Source of the DNA: Candidatus Poriferisocius sp.
GTDB lineage: Bacteria > Actinomycetota > Acidimicrobiia > Acidimicrobiales > Bin134
NCBI RefSeq assembly: GCF_965202595.1
Contig: NZ_OZ241836.1
Span: 1,360,349-1,424,348 of the forward strand
Reading direction: 5' to 3'
DNA: 64,000 nucleotides
Part shown: positions 9,168 to 21,246 of the stretch, piece by piece
Position numbering within the stretch: position 1 is the first letter of the stretch
How the letters are laid out: each line of letters starts with the position of its first letter
Translations under genes and position numbers: made by a program
Notes under the pieces: model-generated
What the model was told of the DNA's origin: nothing
Seen by the model: the letters and a program-made list of their open reading frames with translations, nothing else
Database searches by the model: none

Positions 9168-9830
9168 TTATAGGCCGAGTCGGGTGGCAAGGGCGCGGAA
9201 TGCTCGGCCTCGATGGGACAGGGCGTTCTTCTCCCCAGCCGGCATTTCGGCAAAGGTTCGCCCCCCTCCCCCTTCGGGAACGAAAATCGGGTCGTAACCG
9301 AACCCCCGATCACCCCTCGGGACCGTGGCGATGCTGCCGGCGACAACCCCCTCGGCCATCACCTCGGTGCCATCGGGGAAGATCACCACCGCCACCGTGC
9401 GAAAGCGGGCCGACCGGTTGGACACTCCCTCCATGGCGGCCAACAACCGGGCTCTGTTGGCAGCATCGTCAGCGTGGTCGCCGGCGTAGCGGGCCGACCG
9501 CACTCCTGGATCACCCCCCAGAGCGGTCACTTCCAAGCCAGTGTCGTCGGCCACTGCGGCCTGGCCGGTGTGCCGGCACACCGCGGCCGCTTTCAGCCGG
9601 GCGTTGGCCTCGAGGGTGTCGCCGTCCTCAACCACCTCTCCCAAATCACCGGGCCGAGCCAACAGTTCCACGACTGGTCCTGAAACGGTCGATCCCGAAG
9701 GCCTCGCCACTGACCCCGAAACAGTTGATTCCAAAACCGCTGACTCCAGGATGGTGGCGATTTCAGCCAGTTTGTGGGGATTGGCAGTGGCCGATACCAA
9801 CCGCAGCCGAGGCGGGTCGGCCAACCGCAT
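9168..9830 (-). CDS. rdgB: non-canonical purine NTP pyrophosphatase (RdgB/HAM1 family)
   Basis: Motifs SATANPHKLAEI, EDGDTLEANARLKA, ADDTGLEV, FGYDPIF and SHRGRA. I set the start at Met-59 of the ORF (9830), just after the rph stop. Confidence 0.88.
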   Translation of the reverse strand: MRLADPPRLRLVSATANPHKLAEIATILESAVLESTVSGSVARPSGSTVSGPVVELLARPGDLGEVVEDGDTLEANARLKAAAVCRHTGQAAVADDTGLEVTALGGDPGVRSARYAGDHADDAANRARLLAAMEGVSNRSARFRTVAVVIFPDGTEVMAEGVVAGSIATVPRGDRGFGYDPIFVPEGGGGRTFAEMPAGEKNALSHRGRAFRALATRLGL

Positions 9831-9856
9831 AGTGGTGCAGGGCGGCCAACCGGACA

Positions 9857-10597
9857 TCACCGCAGCCGGAGCGGGTCGGCCAGAAGCTGGTTCTGCTGAG
9901 CGATGATCTGCTCGATCCCCGAGCGGGCCAAGTCCAGGAGCGTGTCCAACCGGTCCCGGCGGAACGGTTGCCCCTCGGCGGTGCCCTGAACCTCCACAAA
10001 GCAACCCGATTCGGTCATGACCACGTTCATGTCCACCTCGGCGGCCGCATCCTCCTCATAGGGCAAATCAAGCGACGGCGTACCGTTGACGATCCCCACC
10101 GACACCGCAGCACACGCCTCTGTGATGGGGTGCTGGTCGATCTCGCCCCGGGCCAGCAACCGGGTGAAGGCATCGTGCAGGGCGATGTAGGCCCCGCTGA
10201 TGGCGGCGGTGCGGGTACCGCCATCGGCCTGCAACACATCGCAGTCGCAGACCACTTGACGTTCCCCCAACCTGGTGGCATCGGTCACCGCCCGCAGGGA
10301 GCGTCCGATCAGCCGCTGTATCTCCTGGGTGCGACCTGATTGGCGGCCCCGAGCCGCTTCCCGGTTGACCCGCTCGGATGACGAGCCCGGAAGCATGGAG
10401 TACTCGGCGGTGACCCAGCCTCTGCCCTGTCCTCTCATCCAGCGGGGAACCGAACGATCAACCGATGCCGTGCACAACACCCGGGTACGCCCGAACGAGA
10501 CCAGCACCGATCCATCGGCCATCTCGGTGAAGTCCCGCTCAAAGCCGATGGGCCGCAACTCATCAAAGGCCCGACCATCACCTCTCATACTGCTCAT
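9857..10597 (-). CDS. rph: ribonuclease PH
   Basis: 246-aa ORF with [42 protein letters not shown] and [14 protein letters not shown]. Confidence 0.93.
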   Translation of the reverse strand: MSSMRGDGRAFDELRPIGFERDFTEMADGSVLVSFGRTRVLCTASVDRSVPRWMRGQGRGWVTAEYSMLPGSSSERVNREAARGRQSGRTQEIQRLIGRSLRAVTDATRLGERQVVCDCDVLQADGGTRTAAISGAYIALHDAFTRLLARGEIDQHPITEACAAVSVGIVNGTPSLDLPYEEDAAAEVDMNVVMTESGCFVEVQGTAEGQPFRRDRLDTLLDLARSGIEQIIAQQNQLLADPLRLR

Positions 10598-10638
10598 TTC
10601 TCATACCGACACCCCTTTTGGCTGCTCATTTCTCGCCC

Positions 10639-11379
10639 TCATACCTGGTAAATCCAATCCTGTTTCGCCACGTCCACCGGTTGGCCGAACGACTCCGAAG
10701 CCTCGCGCGCCATGGCACCGGCATCAGAGCCGGGGATCAGATGAGTCAGTAGCAGTTTCTCAACCCCGGCCGCCGCGGCCATCGCCCCGGCCTGCCGGGC
10801 GCTGAGATGGGGGGCATCCGGGTGGCGGTCGGCCTCGGTGAAGGTGGCCTCGCACAGGGCCAGATGGATGCCTCGGCCCAGTTGCTCGAATGACCAACCC
10901 GGGGCGGTGTCGGCCGAGAAGGCGAAGCTGCGGCCCCCGCAGTCCACCCTCGGGGCCAACGTCTCCACCGGGTGATCGGTGCGGGAGAAGCGCCACTGCT
11001 GGTCGGCAATACTCATCCGATCCTCCGAGGAGATCCGGCGCCAATCGAAGATGGGGGCCAGGTCGTCCTTACCCAGCAGGGCACAGGCCATCGACCGCGT
11101 ACCGGCGGTTCCGTACACCGGTAATCGCTTGTCTCCCACGTAGTGGCGAAAGGCAGTGAACGCCAGGGCCAGGTCGGTCCAATGATCGGCGTGCTGATGG
11201 GTGATGACCACGGCGTCGAGGTCGGCCAGATCGCAGTGCCGCTGAAGGTTGGCCATGGTACCGGGCCCGGTGTCCAGCCAAACCCGGGCCCCCGGGGAGG
11301 TCACCAGATACCCGGTACAAGCCATACCGGGACCGCTGTAAGAACCCGAACACCCCAAGACGGTGATGCTCAGCGCCAT
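10639..11379 (-). CDS. MBL-fold metallo-hydrolase
   Basis: 246-aa ORF with ITVLGCSGS and the HQHADHWTDL (HxHxDH) motif. Confidence 0.82.
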   Translation of the reverse strand: MALSITVLGCSGSYSGPGMACTGYLVTSPGARVWLDTGPGTMANLQRHCDLADLDAVVITHQHADHWTDLALAFTAFRHYVGDKRLPVYGTAGTRSMACALLGKDDLAPIFDWRRISSEDRMSIADQQWRFSRTDHPVETLAPRVDCGGRSFAFSADTAPGWSFEQLGRGIHLALCEATFTEADRHPDAPHLSARQAGAMAAAAGVEKLLLTHLIPGSDAGAMAREASESFGQPVDVAKQDWIYQV

Positions 11380-11411
11380 GGGGGGATGCTCAGTTCCATA
11401 GGGGGGCAGGC

Positions 11412-11479
11412 ACTAAAATGAACGGCCCCGACTCTGGCGGGTGTGAGTCGGGGCCGTTCCGCTGGAGCTGTGCTCCAGC
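11412..11479 (-). terminator. two consecutive GC-rich hairpins, candidate intrinsic terminator downstream of cysM
   Basis: The first hairpin on the minus strand is 8 bp: gctggagc-tgt-gctccagc (11461-11479). It is followed by a 14-bp perfect stem, aacggccccgactc (11421-11434) paired with gagtcggggccgtt (11445-11458). On the minus strand this is followed by cattttag. Confidence 0.45.
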
Positions 11480-11608
11480 GTTGGTGGTGTGGTTTGGGAG
11501 ACCTAACCTTAGCCGAACAACCAACGTGTTGCACATCATGGAGCAAAAAAACTGCTCGGAATTATGAATATCCGGATAATAATTCTTGTCGAGGTCGAAA
11601 CACACCGT

Positions 11609-12559
11609 TCAGAAGTAGATGATCCCCCCGGCCCGGGCCGCTACCTGGTCCAAGGGGTCGGTCCACGCTCCGGTTGACAGGTATTTCCAACCTCCGTCGG
11701 CCGACACCACCACCACCGTCGCCTGGTCGATCCGTTCAGCCACCCGAGCCGCCCCGGCCAGCGCCGCACCGGTGGAGATGCCGGCGAAAATGCCCGCCTC
11801 CTCGGACAAGCGCCGGGTCCACTGGATCGACTCCCGGGGTCGGACGATGCGCTTGCCGTCGAGCAACTCATCACCGCCCCACTTTTCGTAGACCGGGGGG
11901 ATGAACCCGTCGTCCAGGCTGCGGAGGCCGTCAACCGTCTCGCCCGCGGGAGGTTCCACGGCCAGCACCTGAACCGAGGGATTGCGCTCCTTGAGATAAG
12001 CCCCGACCCCCATGAGAGTACCGCTGGTACCCAGGCCCGACACGAAATGGGTGACCCCGGGGCAGTCGGCATAGATCTCCGGGCCGGTGGTGCCGTAGTG
12101 GGCCCGGGGGTTGGCTTCGTTGCCGTACTGGTAGAGGAAGGCCCACTCCGGGTTGTCGTCGGCCAGCTTCAGAGCCAGGCGCACGGCCCCGTTGGAGCCC
12201 TCAGCGCCGGGCGACCAGATGATCTCGGCCCCGAACACCTCGAGAAGCTGCCGGCGCTCGGGCGAGACATTCTCGGGCATGACGATCTTGATGGGGTAAC
12301 CCCGGATGCGAGCGATCATGGCCAGCGCGATGCCGGTGTTGCCCGACGACGGTTCGATGATGGTGCGACCGGGCACCAGCGTGCCGTCGGCCTCGGCCTC
12401 GAGGATCATCTGGCGGGCCACCCGATCCTTGACCGACCCGGCCGGGTTCATTCCCTCCAGCTTGATGTGGATGGACACCGCCGGGTTGGGGGACAGTGCG
12501 GTGACATCCACCATCGGGGTGTTCCCGATGAGGTCGATGACCGATTCGTGCAATGCCAC
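11609..12559 (-). CDS. cysM: cysteine synthase, CysM type (O-phosphoserine/CysO-thiocarboxylate-dependent family)
   Basis: 316-aa PLP enzyme with motifs GSVKDR, PSSGNTG and GLGTSGTLMG. It lies next to a JAMM protease (mec), as in the mycobacterial mec-cysO-cysM cluster. GTG start. Confidence 0.85.
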   Translation of the reverse strand: MALHESVIDLIGNTPMVDVTALSPNPAVSIHIKLEGMNPAGSVKDRVARQMILEAEADGTLVPGRTIIEPSSGNTGIALAMIARIRGYPIKIVMPENVSPERRQLLEVFGAEIIWSPGAEGSNGAVRLALKLADDNPEWAFLYQYGNEANPRAHYGTTGPEIYADCPGVTHFVSGLGTSGTLMGVGAYLKERNPSVQVLAVEPPAGETVDGLRSLDDGFIPPVYEKWGGDELLDGKRIVRPRESIQWTRRLSEEAGIFAGISTGAALAGAARVAERIDQATVVVVSADGGWKYLSTGAWTDPLDQVAARAGGIIYF

Positions 12560-12564
12560 CGGCC

Positions 12565-12667
12565 TCAGGCTACTCCCCCACCGCCACCGGCTCCTCCATG
12601 GTGCGACATATCGTCCATTTCGGAGGGGTCACGCTTCAGGCTACTCCCCCACCGCCACCGGCTCCTC
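12565..12667. repeat. 32-nt direct repeat pair, 71-bp offset, of the mec 3' end including its stop
   Basis: tcaggctactcccccaccgccaccggctcctc occurs at 12565-12596 and 12636-12667. The second copy carries the mec TAG (12641-12643). Confidence 0.9.
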
Positions 12668-13057
12668 GGCTATGGCACCGTTGAGGATGCGGTAGCAGCG
12701 CAACGCCGGCTCGGGATCCTTGAGCGACACGATCACGTAGAGCAGAGCTCCGAACGGGTCGAAAGCCGAGGCATCGTGCACATCGGTGGGTGACGGGTAG
12801 GCGGTGGTATGGGTGTGGGAGTGCATCACCGCCACCAGCGCGAGACCCTCGGCATCGGCGGTGCGCTCTGCCCGAAGGTGCTCGACCTCGTCGAAGCGGT
12901 AGATGCGGCTGGACCGTGCCGCGTTTCGCATCGGGAAGAACCGGGTAACCTGCTCCGCCCCCACCGGCGCGGCCAGCAGCCCGCAGGCCTCGTGCGGCAA
13001 CCCCGACAGCGCGTGGGCCACCACCTCTGCGTAAACCTCCGCAGTCAACCGCAACAC
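12641..13057 (-). CDS. mec: JAMM/MPN+ metalloprotease (Mec-like)
   Basis: 138-aa ORF with E..CG and the HSHTHTTAYPSPTD (HxHx7Sx2D) JAMM motif, immediately upstream of cysM. Confidence 0.85.
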   Translation of the reverse strand: MLRLTAEVYAEVVAHALSGLPHEACGLLAAPVGAEQVTRFFPMRNAARSSRIYRFDEVEHLRAERTADAEGLALVAVMHSHTHTTAYPSPTDVHDASAFDPFGALLYVIVSLKDPEPALRCYRILNGAIAEEPVAVGE

Positions 13058-13089
13058 CCACCCACGCTACCCGCCGCCGGTGGGGTGGC

Positions 13090-13182
13090 GGCCACGCAGG
13101 AAAGGGACGGACTGGGTCGGAACTTCCTTCACAACCTGGTCGCCGTTGACGGCCACGTCCGAAAGGGACGGACTAGCGGTGG
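13090..13182. repeat. imperfect direct repeat pair, about 61-bp offset
   Basis: ggccacg....aaagggacggact occurs at about 13090 and about 13151. Confidence 0.6.
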
Positions 13183-13589
13183 GATGGTCCCGCCACGGGA
13201 TAGGCGATGGTTTGCTCGAACACGGCGCGCAGGGCCTCGGCATCGCGGGTGAAGTCCTCACCCGCGCGGACATCCGCGTTCCAGGGCGGTGCCGGGGCCC
13301 ACCATGGCGGCATCTCCGAACCGCCATCGGGAGTCTCCTCGGGGATGAAGGCCAGGCACCACTGCCACGAACCCTTCTGACCTCCCTCCTGCTCCCCGGG
13401 ATAGCCACCGGGAGGAACCAAGGCATAGGTGAAACCCGGTCCGGGACCCGATTTGTCGATGGCTCGAGACGAGACCCGGCGGGAGTACGGAAGCCGGGCG
13501 GCTACGAACGGCAGGATCAGCAGCAGCAGGACGATGACGGCGGTCACCACCGTGGTCAGGCTCATGTCAGGCATGTCAAGTGTCTCCAT
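13173..13589 (-). CDS. hypothetical membrane-anchored protein
   Basis: 138-aa ORF with one N-terminal TM helix (VVTAVIVLLLLILPFVAA) and GC3 bias. I recognise no family. Confidence 0.45.
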   Translation of the reverse strand: METLDMPDMSLTTVVTAVIVLLLLILPFVAARLPYSRRVSSRAIDKSGPGPGFTYALVPPGGYPGEQEGGQKGSWQWCLAFIPEETPDGGSEMPPWWAPAPPWNADVRAGEDFTRDAEALRAVFEQTIAYPVAGPSHR

Positions 13590-13722
13590 CCAGAGCAGGC
13601 CGAATACCTACTCGAGCAACACAGGCCCCATTAGCCCCACCCGCAACGAGATACAGGGTATAACGATGCCTCCCGAGCGTCAACCCGTATCCGGATTTAA
13701 CCGGGAACCCAGCCGGGGGGCC

Positions 13723-14805
13723 TCAGATCGCCACCACCGAGCGAAGCACCTCTCCCCGCTCCATGCGGTGGAACGCCTCCTCCACGTCCTCCAACGAGAT
13801 GGTTTCCGATACGAACCGCTCCAGGTTCAACCGCCCCTGAAGGTACAGATCGATCAGCATGGGGAAGTCCCGCGACGGTAGGCAGTCGCCGTACCACGAC
13901 GACTTGAGCGCACCACCCCGGCCGAACACCTCGATCATCGGTAGCTCGATGCGCATCTCCGGGTTGGGAACCCCCACCAGTACCACCACTCCGGCCAGAT
14001 CCCGAGCGAAGAAGGCCTGCTCGTAGGTCTGGGGCAGCCCGACGGCATCAATGGCCACATCCACCCCGTTCCCGCCGGTCAGAGCCCGGATGCGCTCCAC
14101 CGGGTCCTGCTTGGTGGAGTTGATCGTATGGGTGGCGCCGAACTCCCGGGCCCATTCCAGCTTGGTGTCGTCGATGTCCACCCCGATGATGGTGTGGGCC
14201 CCGGCCAGCCTCGCCCCCTCGATGGCCGCGTCACCCACGCCGCCGCAGCCGAATACAGCCACCGAATCGCCCCGACCCACCCCACCGGTGTTCATGGCCG
14301 CACCCAAACCGGCCATCACCCCGCAACCGATGAGTCCGGCAACCTCGGGGCTGGCCTGCGGATCGACCTTGGTGGCCTGGCCCGCGGCCACCAGTGTCTT
14401 CTCGGCGAAAGCCCCGATCCCCAGAGCCGGTGACAGCTCCCGGCCGTCGAGCGTCATCTTCCGGGTGGCGTTGTGGGTGGCGAAGCAGTACCACGGGCGG
14501 CCCCGCATGCACGACCGGCATTGACCGCACACCGCTCGCCAGTTGAGTATCACGAAGTCGCCGGGAGCCACGTTGATCACCCCCTCACCCACCGACTCCA
14601 CCACCCCGGCCGCCTCATGGCCCAAAAGGAACGGAAACTCATCGTTGATGGCCCCCTCCCGGTAGTGCAGATCGGTATGGCACACGCCGCACGCCTGCAC
14701 GGCTACCACGGCCTCACCCGGGCCGGGGTCGGGCACCACTATGGTCTCGATGCTGACCGGCTCCCCCCTGGCCCTGGCGATAACGGCTCGAACCTGCTGT
14801 GCCAC
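13723..14805 (-). CDS. Zn-dependent alcohol dehydrogenase, class III / S-(hydroxymethyl)mycothiol dehydrogenase-like
   Basis: 360-aa ORF with [19 protein letters not shown] and GCGGVG motifs. Typical actinobacterial class III ADH architecture. Confidence 0.88.
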   Translation of the reverse strand: MAQQVRAVIARARGEPVSIETIVVPDPGPGEAVVAVQACGVCHTDLHYREGAINDEFPFLLGHEAAGVVESVGEGVINVAPGDFVILNWRAVCGQCRSCMRGRPWYCFATHNATRKMTLDGRELSPALGIGAFAEKTLVAAGQATKVDPQASPEVAGLIGCGVMAGLGAAMNTGGVGRGDSVAVFGCGGVGDAAIEGARLAGAHTIIGVDIDDTKLEWAREFGATHTINSTKQDPVERIRALTGGNGVDVAIDAVGLPQTYEQAFFARDLAGVVVLVGVPNPEMRIELPMIEVFGRGGALKSSWYGDCLPSRDFPMLIDLYLQGRLNLERFVSETISLEDVEEAFHRMERGEVLRSVVAI

Positions 14806-14856
14806 CTGCTGCTCCCTTCTCGCGCCCTCCGAAACCTACTACGCCCGGGCTACCCG

Positions 14857-14954
14857 CAGGCGCTCAGGTGTCCAGGAACCGCTAGGGGCGGTGCTGGTGG
14901 GTCTCCATGGCCGCGTCGGGGGCAACCACCAGGCACTCAGGTGTCCAGGAACCG
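14857..14954. repeat. 25-nt direct repeat pair, 73-bp offset, of the ftsX 3' end including its stop
   Basis: caggc(g/a)ctcaggtgtccaggaaccg occurs at 14857-14881 and 14930-14954. The second copy carries the ftsX stop (14937-14939). Confidence 0.85.
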
Positions 14955-15830
14955 GCTGACCGCGATACCCGAGCCCACCGTGCCCACAACCGCACCCAGG
15001 CCCACCATCTGGAAGCCCAGCGTCCATACCCGGGAGGGATCGACGGTGAAACCCCGCAAGAGCTCCAGCGAAACGTCGTCGTTGATCACCCTGAAGAAGT
15101 TGTTGGTCAACCAGATCAGCGGTATGGCGATCACCCCGCCTATGAGCCCCTGAATGAGTCCCTCGAACATGAACGGCACCCGGATGAACCAGTTGGTGGC
15201 CCCCACCAGCTTCATCACCTCTATGTCCCGCCGGCGGGAGAACAGGGCCATGCGGATGGTGTTCAGAATCAGCACCGCCGCGACCACCAGCAAGATGATG
15301 GCGATGATGATCACCCTCTGGCGCAGCCCGCTGGACAGGTCCTCGATGGCCCGTATGGTCTCGCTGGCCGTGACCACCTTGGCCACCCCGGGTTGGGTCC
15401 GAAAGGCACCGGCCAGCTCGTCCACCCGCTCCGGCAGGGTATCGGTGGGCCTGACCCTGAACGATGCCGGCAGCCGCTCGGGAGTGATCACGCTCACCAG
15501 CTCGGGGGAGTCCCCCAGCAGGTCCTGCACCTCGGCGTAGGCCTCGTCCTTGCCCACATGGGTGAACCCGCTGATCTCGGGGGAGTTCTCCAGTTGGCGG
15601 CGGATGTCGGCCTCCAGCTCGGGAGTGATGTCGGGGTCCATGAACACGATGAACTCCACCCCGTCCTTCCAGCGGACGGTGGCGTTGTCCACCGCGTCGC
15701 CAAACAGCAGGGCCGCGCCCAGAAGCGTCAGCGAAACCGTGACGGTGATTACGGTGGCCAGGGTTAGGGTTATGTTGCGACGGAAGTTGCCGACCGTCTC
15801 CCGCAGGACGTAGTCCAACCTGAGGTTCAT
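14937..15830 (-). CDS. ftsX: cell division permease-like protein FtsX
   Basis: 297-aa ORF with four predicted TM segments and a large first extracellular loop, directly downstream of ftsE. Confidence 0.92.
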   Translation of the reverse strand: MNLRLDYVLRETVGNFRRNITLTLATVITVTVSLTLLGAALLFGDAVDNATVRWKDGVEFIVFMDPDITPELEADIRRQLENSPEISGFTHVGKDEAYAEVQDLLGDSPELVSVITPERLPASFRVRPTDTLPERVDELAGAFRTQPGVAKVVTASETIRAIEDLSSGLRQRVIIIAIILLVVAAVLILNTIRMALFSRRRDIEVMKLVGATNWFIRVPFMFEGLIQGLIGGVIAIPLIWLTNNFFRVINDDVSLELLRGFTVDPSRVWTLGFQMVGLGAVVGTVGSGIAVSRFLDT

Positions 15831-15883
15831 CGACCCTTGCCCGCCGATCCACCCCCGTAAGTGGAACCCCTCTGGACCATCGG

Positions 15884-16561
15884 CTATTCGTACACACCCC
15901 GGGACTGATCCCGGACGATCTGGCCCCGGTCCAGCTCCACAACCCGGCGGCGCATCTTGTCCACGATGCTCCGGTCGTGGGTGGCCATGACCACCGTGGT
16001 GCCGGTGCGGTTTATGCGATCCAGCAGCGTCATGATGCCCATTGAGGTGTTGGGATCGAGATTCCCGGTGGGCTCATCGGCCAGCAGGATAAGGGGCCGG
16101 TTCACGAAGGCCCGGGCGATGGACACCCGCTGCTGCTCCCCACCCGAGAGCTCGTCGGGATAGTTGTTCATCTTCCTCGACAACCCCACCAACTCCAAGA
16201 TGGCCGGTACCTTGTCCTTGATCACGCTCCGGGGGTGCCCGATCACCTCCAGGGCAAAGGCCACGTTCTGGACCACCGTCTTGTTGGGCAGGAGCTTGAA
16301 ATCCTGGAACACGCAGCCGATGCGGCGGCGCAGAAACGGCACCTTCCAACTCGGCAACCGGCCGATGTCCCGGCCGGCCACCAGCACCCGGCCCCGGCTG
16401 GGGGTCTCCTCCTTGTTGAGCAGGCGCATCAGCGTGGATTTGCCCGACCCCGACGGGCCGACCAGAAAGACGAACTCCCCCCGCTGCACCTCACAGGTCG
16501 CGTTCTGGAGGGCGAGCACCTCGCCCTTGTAAACCTTGGTGACGTTCTCCAGCTTGATCAT
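15884..16561 (-). CDS. ftsE: cell division ATP-binding protein FtsE
   Basis: 225-aa ABC ATPase with Walker [10 protein letters not shown], signature LSGGEQQR and Walker B LLADEPTG. Confidence 0.93.
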   Translation of the reverse strand: MIKLENVTKVYKGEVLALQNATCEVQRGEFVFLVGPSGSGKSTLMRLLNKEETPSRGRVLVAGRDIGRLPSWKVPFLRRRIGCVFQDFKLLPNKTVVQNVAFALEVIGHPRSVIKDKVPAILELVGLSRKMNNYPDELSGGEQQRVSIARAFVNRPLILLADEPTGNLDPNTSMGIMTLLDRINRTGTTVVMATHDRSIVDKMRRRVVELDRGQIVRDQSRGVYE

Positions 16562-16682
16562 GGAATGCGAACTCCGAACCCCGATCCCGGCGCACCCCCA
16601 CGCCGCAGACCTCTAGGACTCAAGCAAAGCTACCATCAGGCCGGTTACCGCAAGTGCATCCCCAGGCCAAACCGGAACATCC

Positions 16683-16857
16683 ATCACGATAGCCGCTTCC
16701 ACCGCAAATAGGCCTCGATCACGATAGCCGCTTCCACCGCAAATAGGCCTCGATCACGATAGCCGCTTCCACCGCAAATAGGCCTCGATCACGATAGCCG
16801 CTTCCACCGCAAATAGGCCTCGATCACGATAGCCGCTTCCACCGCAAGTAGGCCTCG
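16683..16857. repeat. 35-bp tandem repeat x5 of the prfB 3' end including its stop codon
   Basis: atcacgatagccgcttccaccgcaa(a/g)taggcctcg starts at 16683, 16718, 16753, 16788 and 16823. The fifth copy is the real gene end (stop 16824-16826). Confidence 0.93.
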
Positions 16858-17924
16858 ATCAACTGGTCGAGATCGCCGGCCAGCACCCCGTCCACGTTGC
16901 CGATCGATACTCCGGTGCGATCGTCCTTGACCTGCTGGTAGGGATGCAGCACGTATGAACGGATCTGACTACCCCATTCCGCCTTCATGTAGTCGCCGGC
17001 CAGACCGGCCAGCTCGGCCTCCCGCTCGGCTCGAATCCGGTCGGCCAGGCGGGCGGCCAGTATCTGCATGGCTCGGTCCTTGTTCTGGTGCTGGCTGCGC
17101 TCATTCTGGCACGACACCACTATGCCGGTGGGCAAGTGGGTTATCCGCACCGCCGAATCGGTCACGTTGACGTGCTGGCCGCCCGCTCCCGACGACCTGA
17201 ACGTGTCGATCCGCAGGTCCTTGTCGTCGATGTCCACCTCGTCCGACACCTCGTCGAAGAACGGCACCACCTTGAACTGGGCGAACGCGGTGTGGCGGCG
17301 GGCATCCGAGTCGAACGGCGAGATACGAACCAGCCGATGAACCCCCCGCTCCGATTGCAGCAGCCCGTAGGCGTTGCGTCCCGAGATGGTGAACTCGGCC
17401 GAGGATATACCCGCCCCCTGCCCCTCGGATACCGAGTCAACCTTGAATTTGAAGCCCCGTCGGTCGGACCACCCCCGGTACATGGCCAGCAGCATCTCGG
17501 CCCAGTCCTGGGCGTCGGTGCCCCCCGCACCGCTGTGAATCTCGCACACCGCGTCGGATCCGTCATGCTCGCCCCCCAGCAGCGACCGCAGCTCCAACTC
17601 GTCCACCTTGGCAGCCAGGGTGGCCAGCATCTGGGAGATCTCCGGGACCAGTGATTCGTCACCCTCCTCGGTTGCCAGCAGGTGCAGCGTGTCGGCATCC
17701 TCCAGCGCCGCTTCCAGCTCGGCAAACAGCTCCAGATCCTCAACCAGCTCCGACAGCTCCCTGGTGACCCTGCGAGCCCGGTCGGGGTCGTCCCATAATC
17801 CGGGAGCAGCGGCCGCGGCCTCCAGCTCGGGGCGGCGGAGGGTCAAGTCGCCGATGCGCAGGTAGTGGCGGGCCCCGTCCAATTTGGTGCGAAGCAAGGC
17901 GATATCGTCGAAGAAATCAGGCAC
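16824..17924 (-). CDS. prfB: peptide chain release factor 2
   Basis: 366-aa ORF with an SPF-region and the GGQ motif (SGAGGQHVNVTDSAVRITHLPTG). The frame is uninterrupted. Confidence 0.93.
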   Translation of the reverse strand: MPDFFDDIALLRTKLDGARHYLRIGDLTLRRPELEAAAAAPGLWDDPDRARRVTRELSELVEDLELFAELEAALEDADTLHLLATEEGDESLVPEISQMLATLAAKVDELELRSLLGGEHDGSDAVCEIHSGAGGTDAQDWAEMLLAMYRGWSDRRGFKFKVDSVSEGQGAGISSAEFTISGRNAYGLLQSERGVHRLVRISPFDSDARRHTAFAQFKVVPFFDEVSDEVDIDDKDLRIDTFRSSGAGGQHVNVTDSAVRITHLPTGIVVSCQNERSQHQNKDRAMQILAARLADRIRAEREAELAGLAGDYMKAEWGSQIRSYVLHPYQQVKDDRTGVSIGNVDGVLAGDLDQLIEAYLRWKRLS

Positions 17925-17946
17925 GGGGATTCCCGGACAGAAGCGG

Positions 17947-20664
<2,718 letters not shown>

Positions 20665-20710
20665 GTCGAACCCACTCTACCGCCGCGGCCCCAGCACTCG
20701 GTCACAAGGG

Positions 20711-20778
20711 GCCGGGCTCAGGCAGGTAAAGGCAGACCCCGCAGCCGGGCTCAGGCAGGCAAGGGTAGACCCCCGCGG
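20711..20778. repeat. 33-bp tandem duplication (x2) between secA and hpf
   Basis: gccgggctcaggcagg(t/c)aa(a/g)gg(c/t)agacccc occurs at about 20711 and about 20744. Confidence 0.7.
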
Positions 20779-20823
20779 CCGACCCCGAGCAGGCGAGAGC
20801 CACCCCCGCCACCCGCGGTCGGC

Positions 20824-21156
20824 TCAACCGGCCCGGCGCTCCCCGGCGTTGTGCTGGCGGTTTACCCGGCGGGTCTTCTCCTTGCGCAACTGCCGCTCCA
20901 GCTTGTCGATGGCACCATCCAGGGCCGCTTGTGCAGTAACGCCATGGCCACCGCCGCGGATGTGGTAACCGTGACCCTCGAGGGTCACCTCGCAGTTGAG
21001 GGGCTCCGCGATCCGAGGATTCCTCTCCTCGCTGAACCTCACCTCGGCACGGTCGATGCCCGACAGGTAGCGGTCCAGCTTGGCCACCTTGGTACGGGTC
21101 ACCTCCTCCAGCTTCTGCGACACCTCGACCCCACTGCTGCTTATGGCGATATCCAT
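20824..21156 (-). CDS. hpf: ribosome hibernation promoting factor / S30AE family, short form
   Basis: 111 aa from Met-18 of the ORF, preceded by an AAGGAG RBS. S30AE pattern: VEVSQKL..KVAKLDRY...AALDGAIDKLERQLRK. Confidence 0.85.
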   Translation of the reverse strand: MDIAISSSGVEVSQKLEEVTRTKVAKLDRYLSGIDRAEVRFSEERNPRIAEPLNCEVTLEGHGYHIRGGGHGVTAQAALDGAIDKLERQLRKEKTRRVNRQHNAGERRAG

Positions 21157-21246
21157 AGCGGCTCCTTTCTTTATGAGACCTGATAAAATACAATATCGTA
21201 GCACCATTTTACTGCTGTAGCACGAAAGGCGTTTGAACTGTGCCTC

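Noticed and set aside
16683-16857. Possible CRISPR array (35-bp repeats x5); likewise the 52-bp x6 array at 1127-1436
   Set aside because: The units are contiguous with no unique spacers. They are copies of gene 3' ends, and no cas genes are in the window. These are plain tandem repeats.
16824-17924. Programmed +1 frameshift in prfB
   Set aside because: The RF2 ORF is continuous from its N-terminus (MPDFFDDIALLRTKLDG...) to the GGQ domain. There is no in-frame UGA or CUUUGAC-type site.
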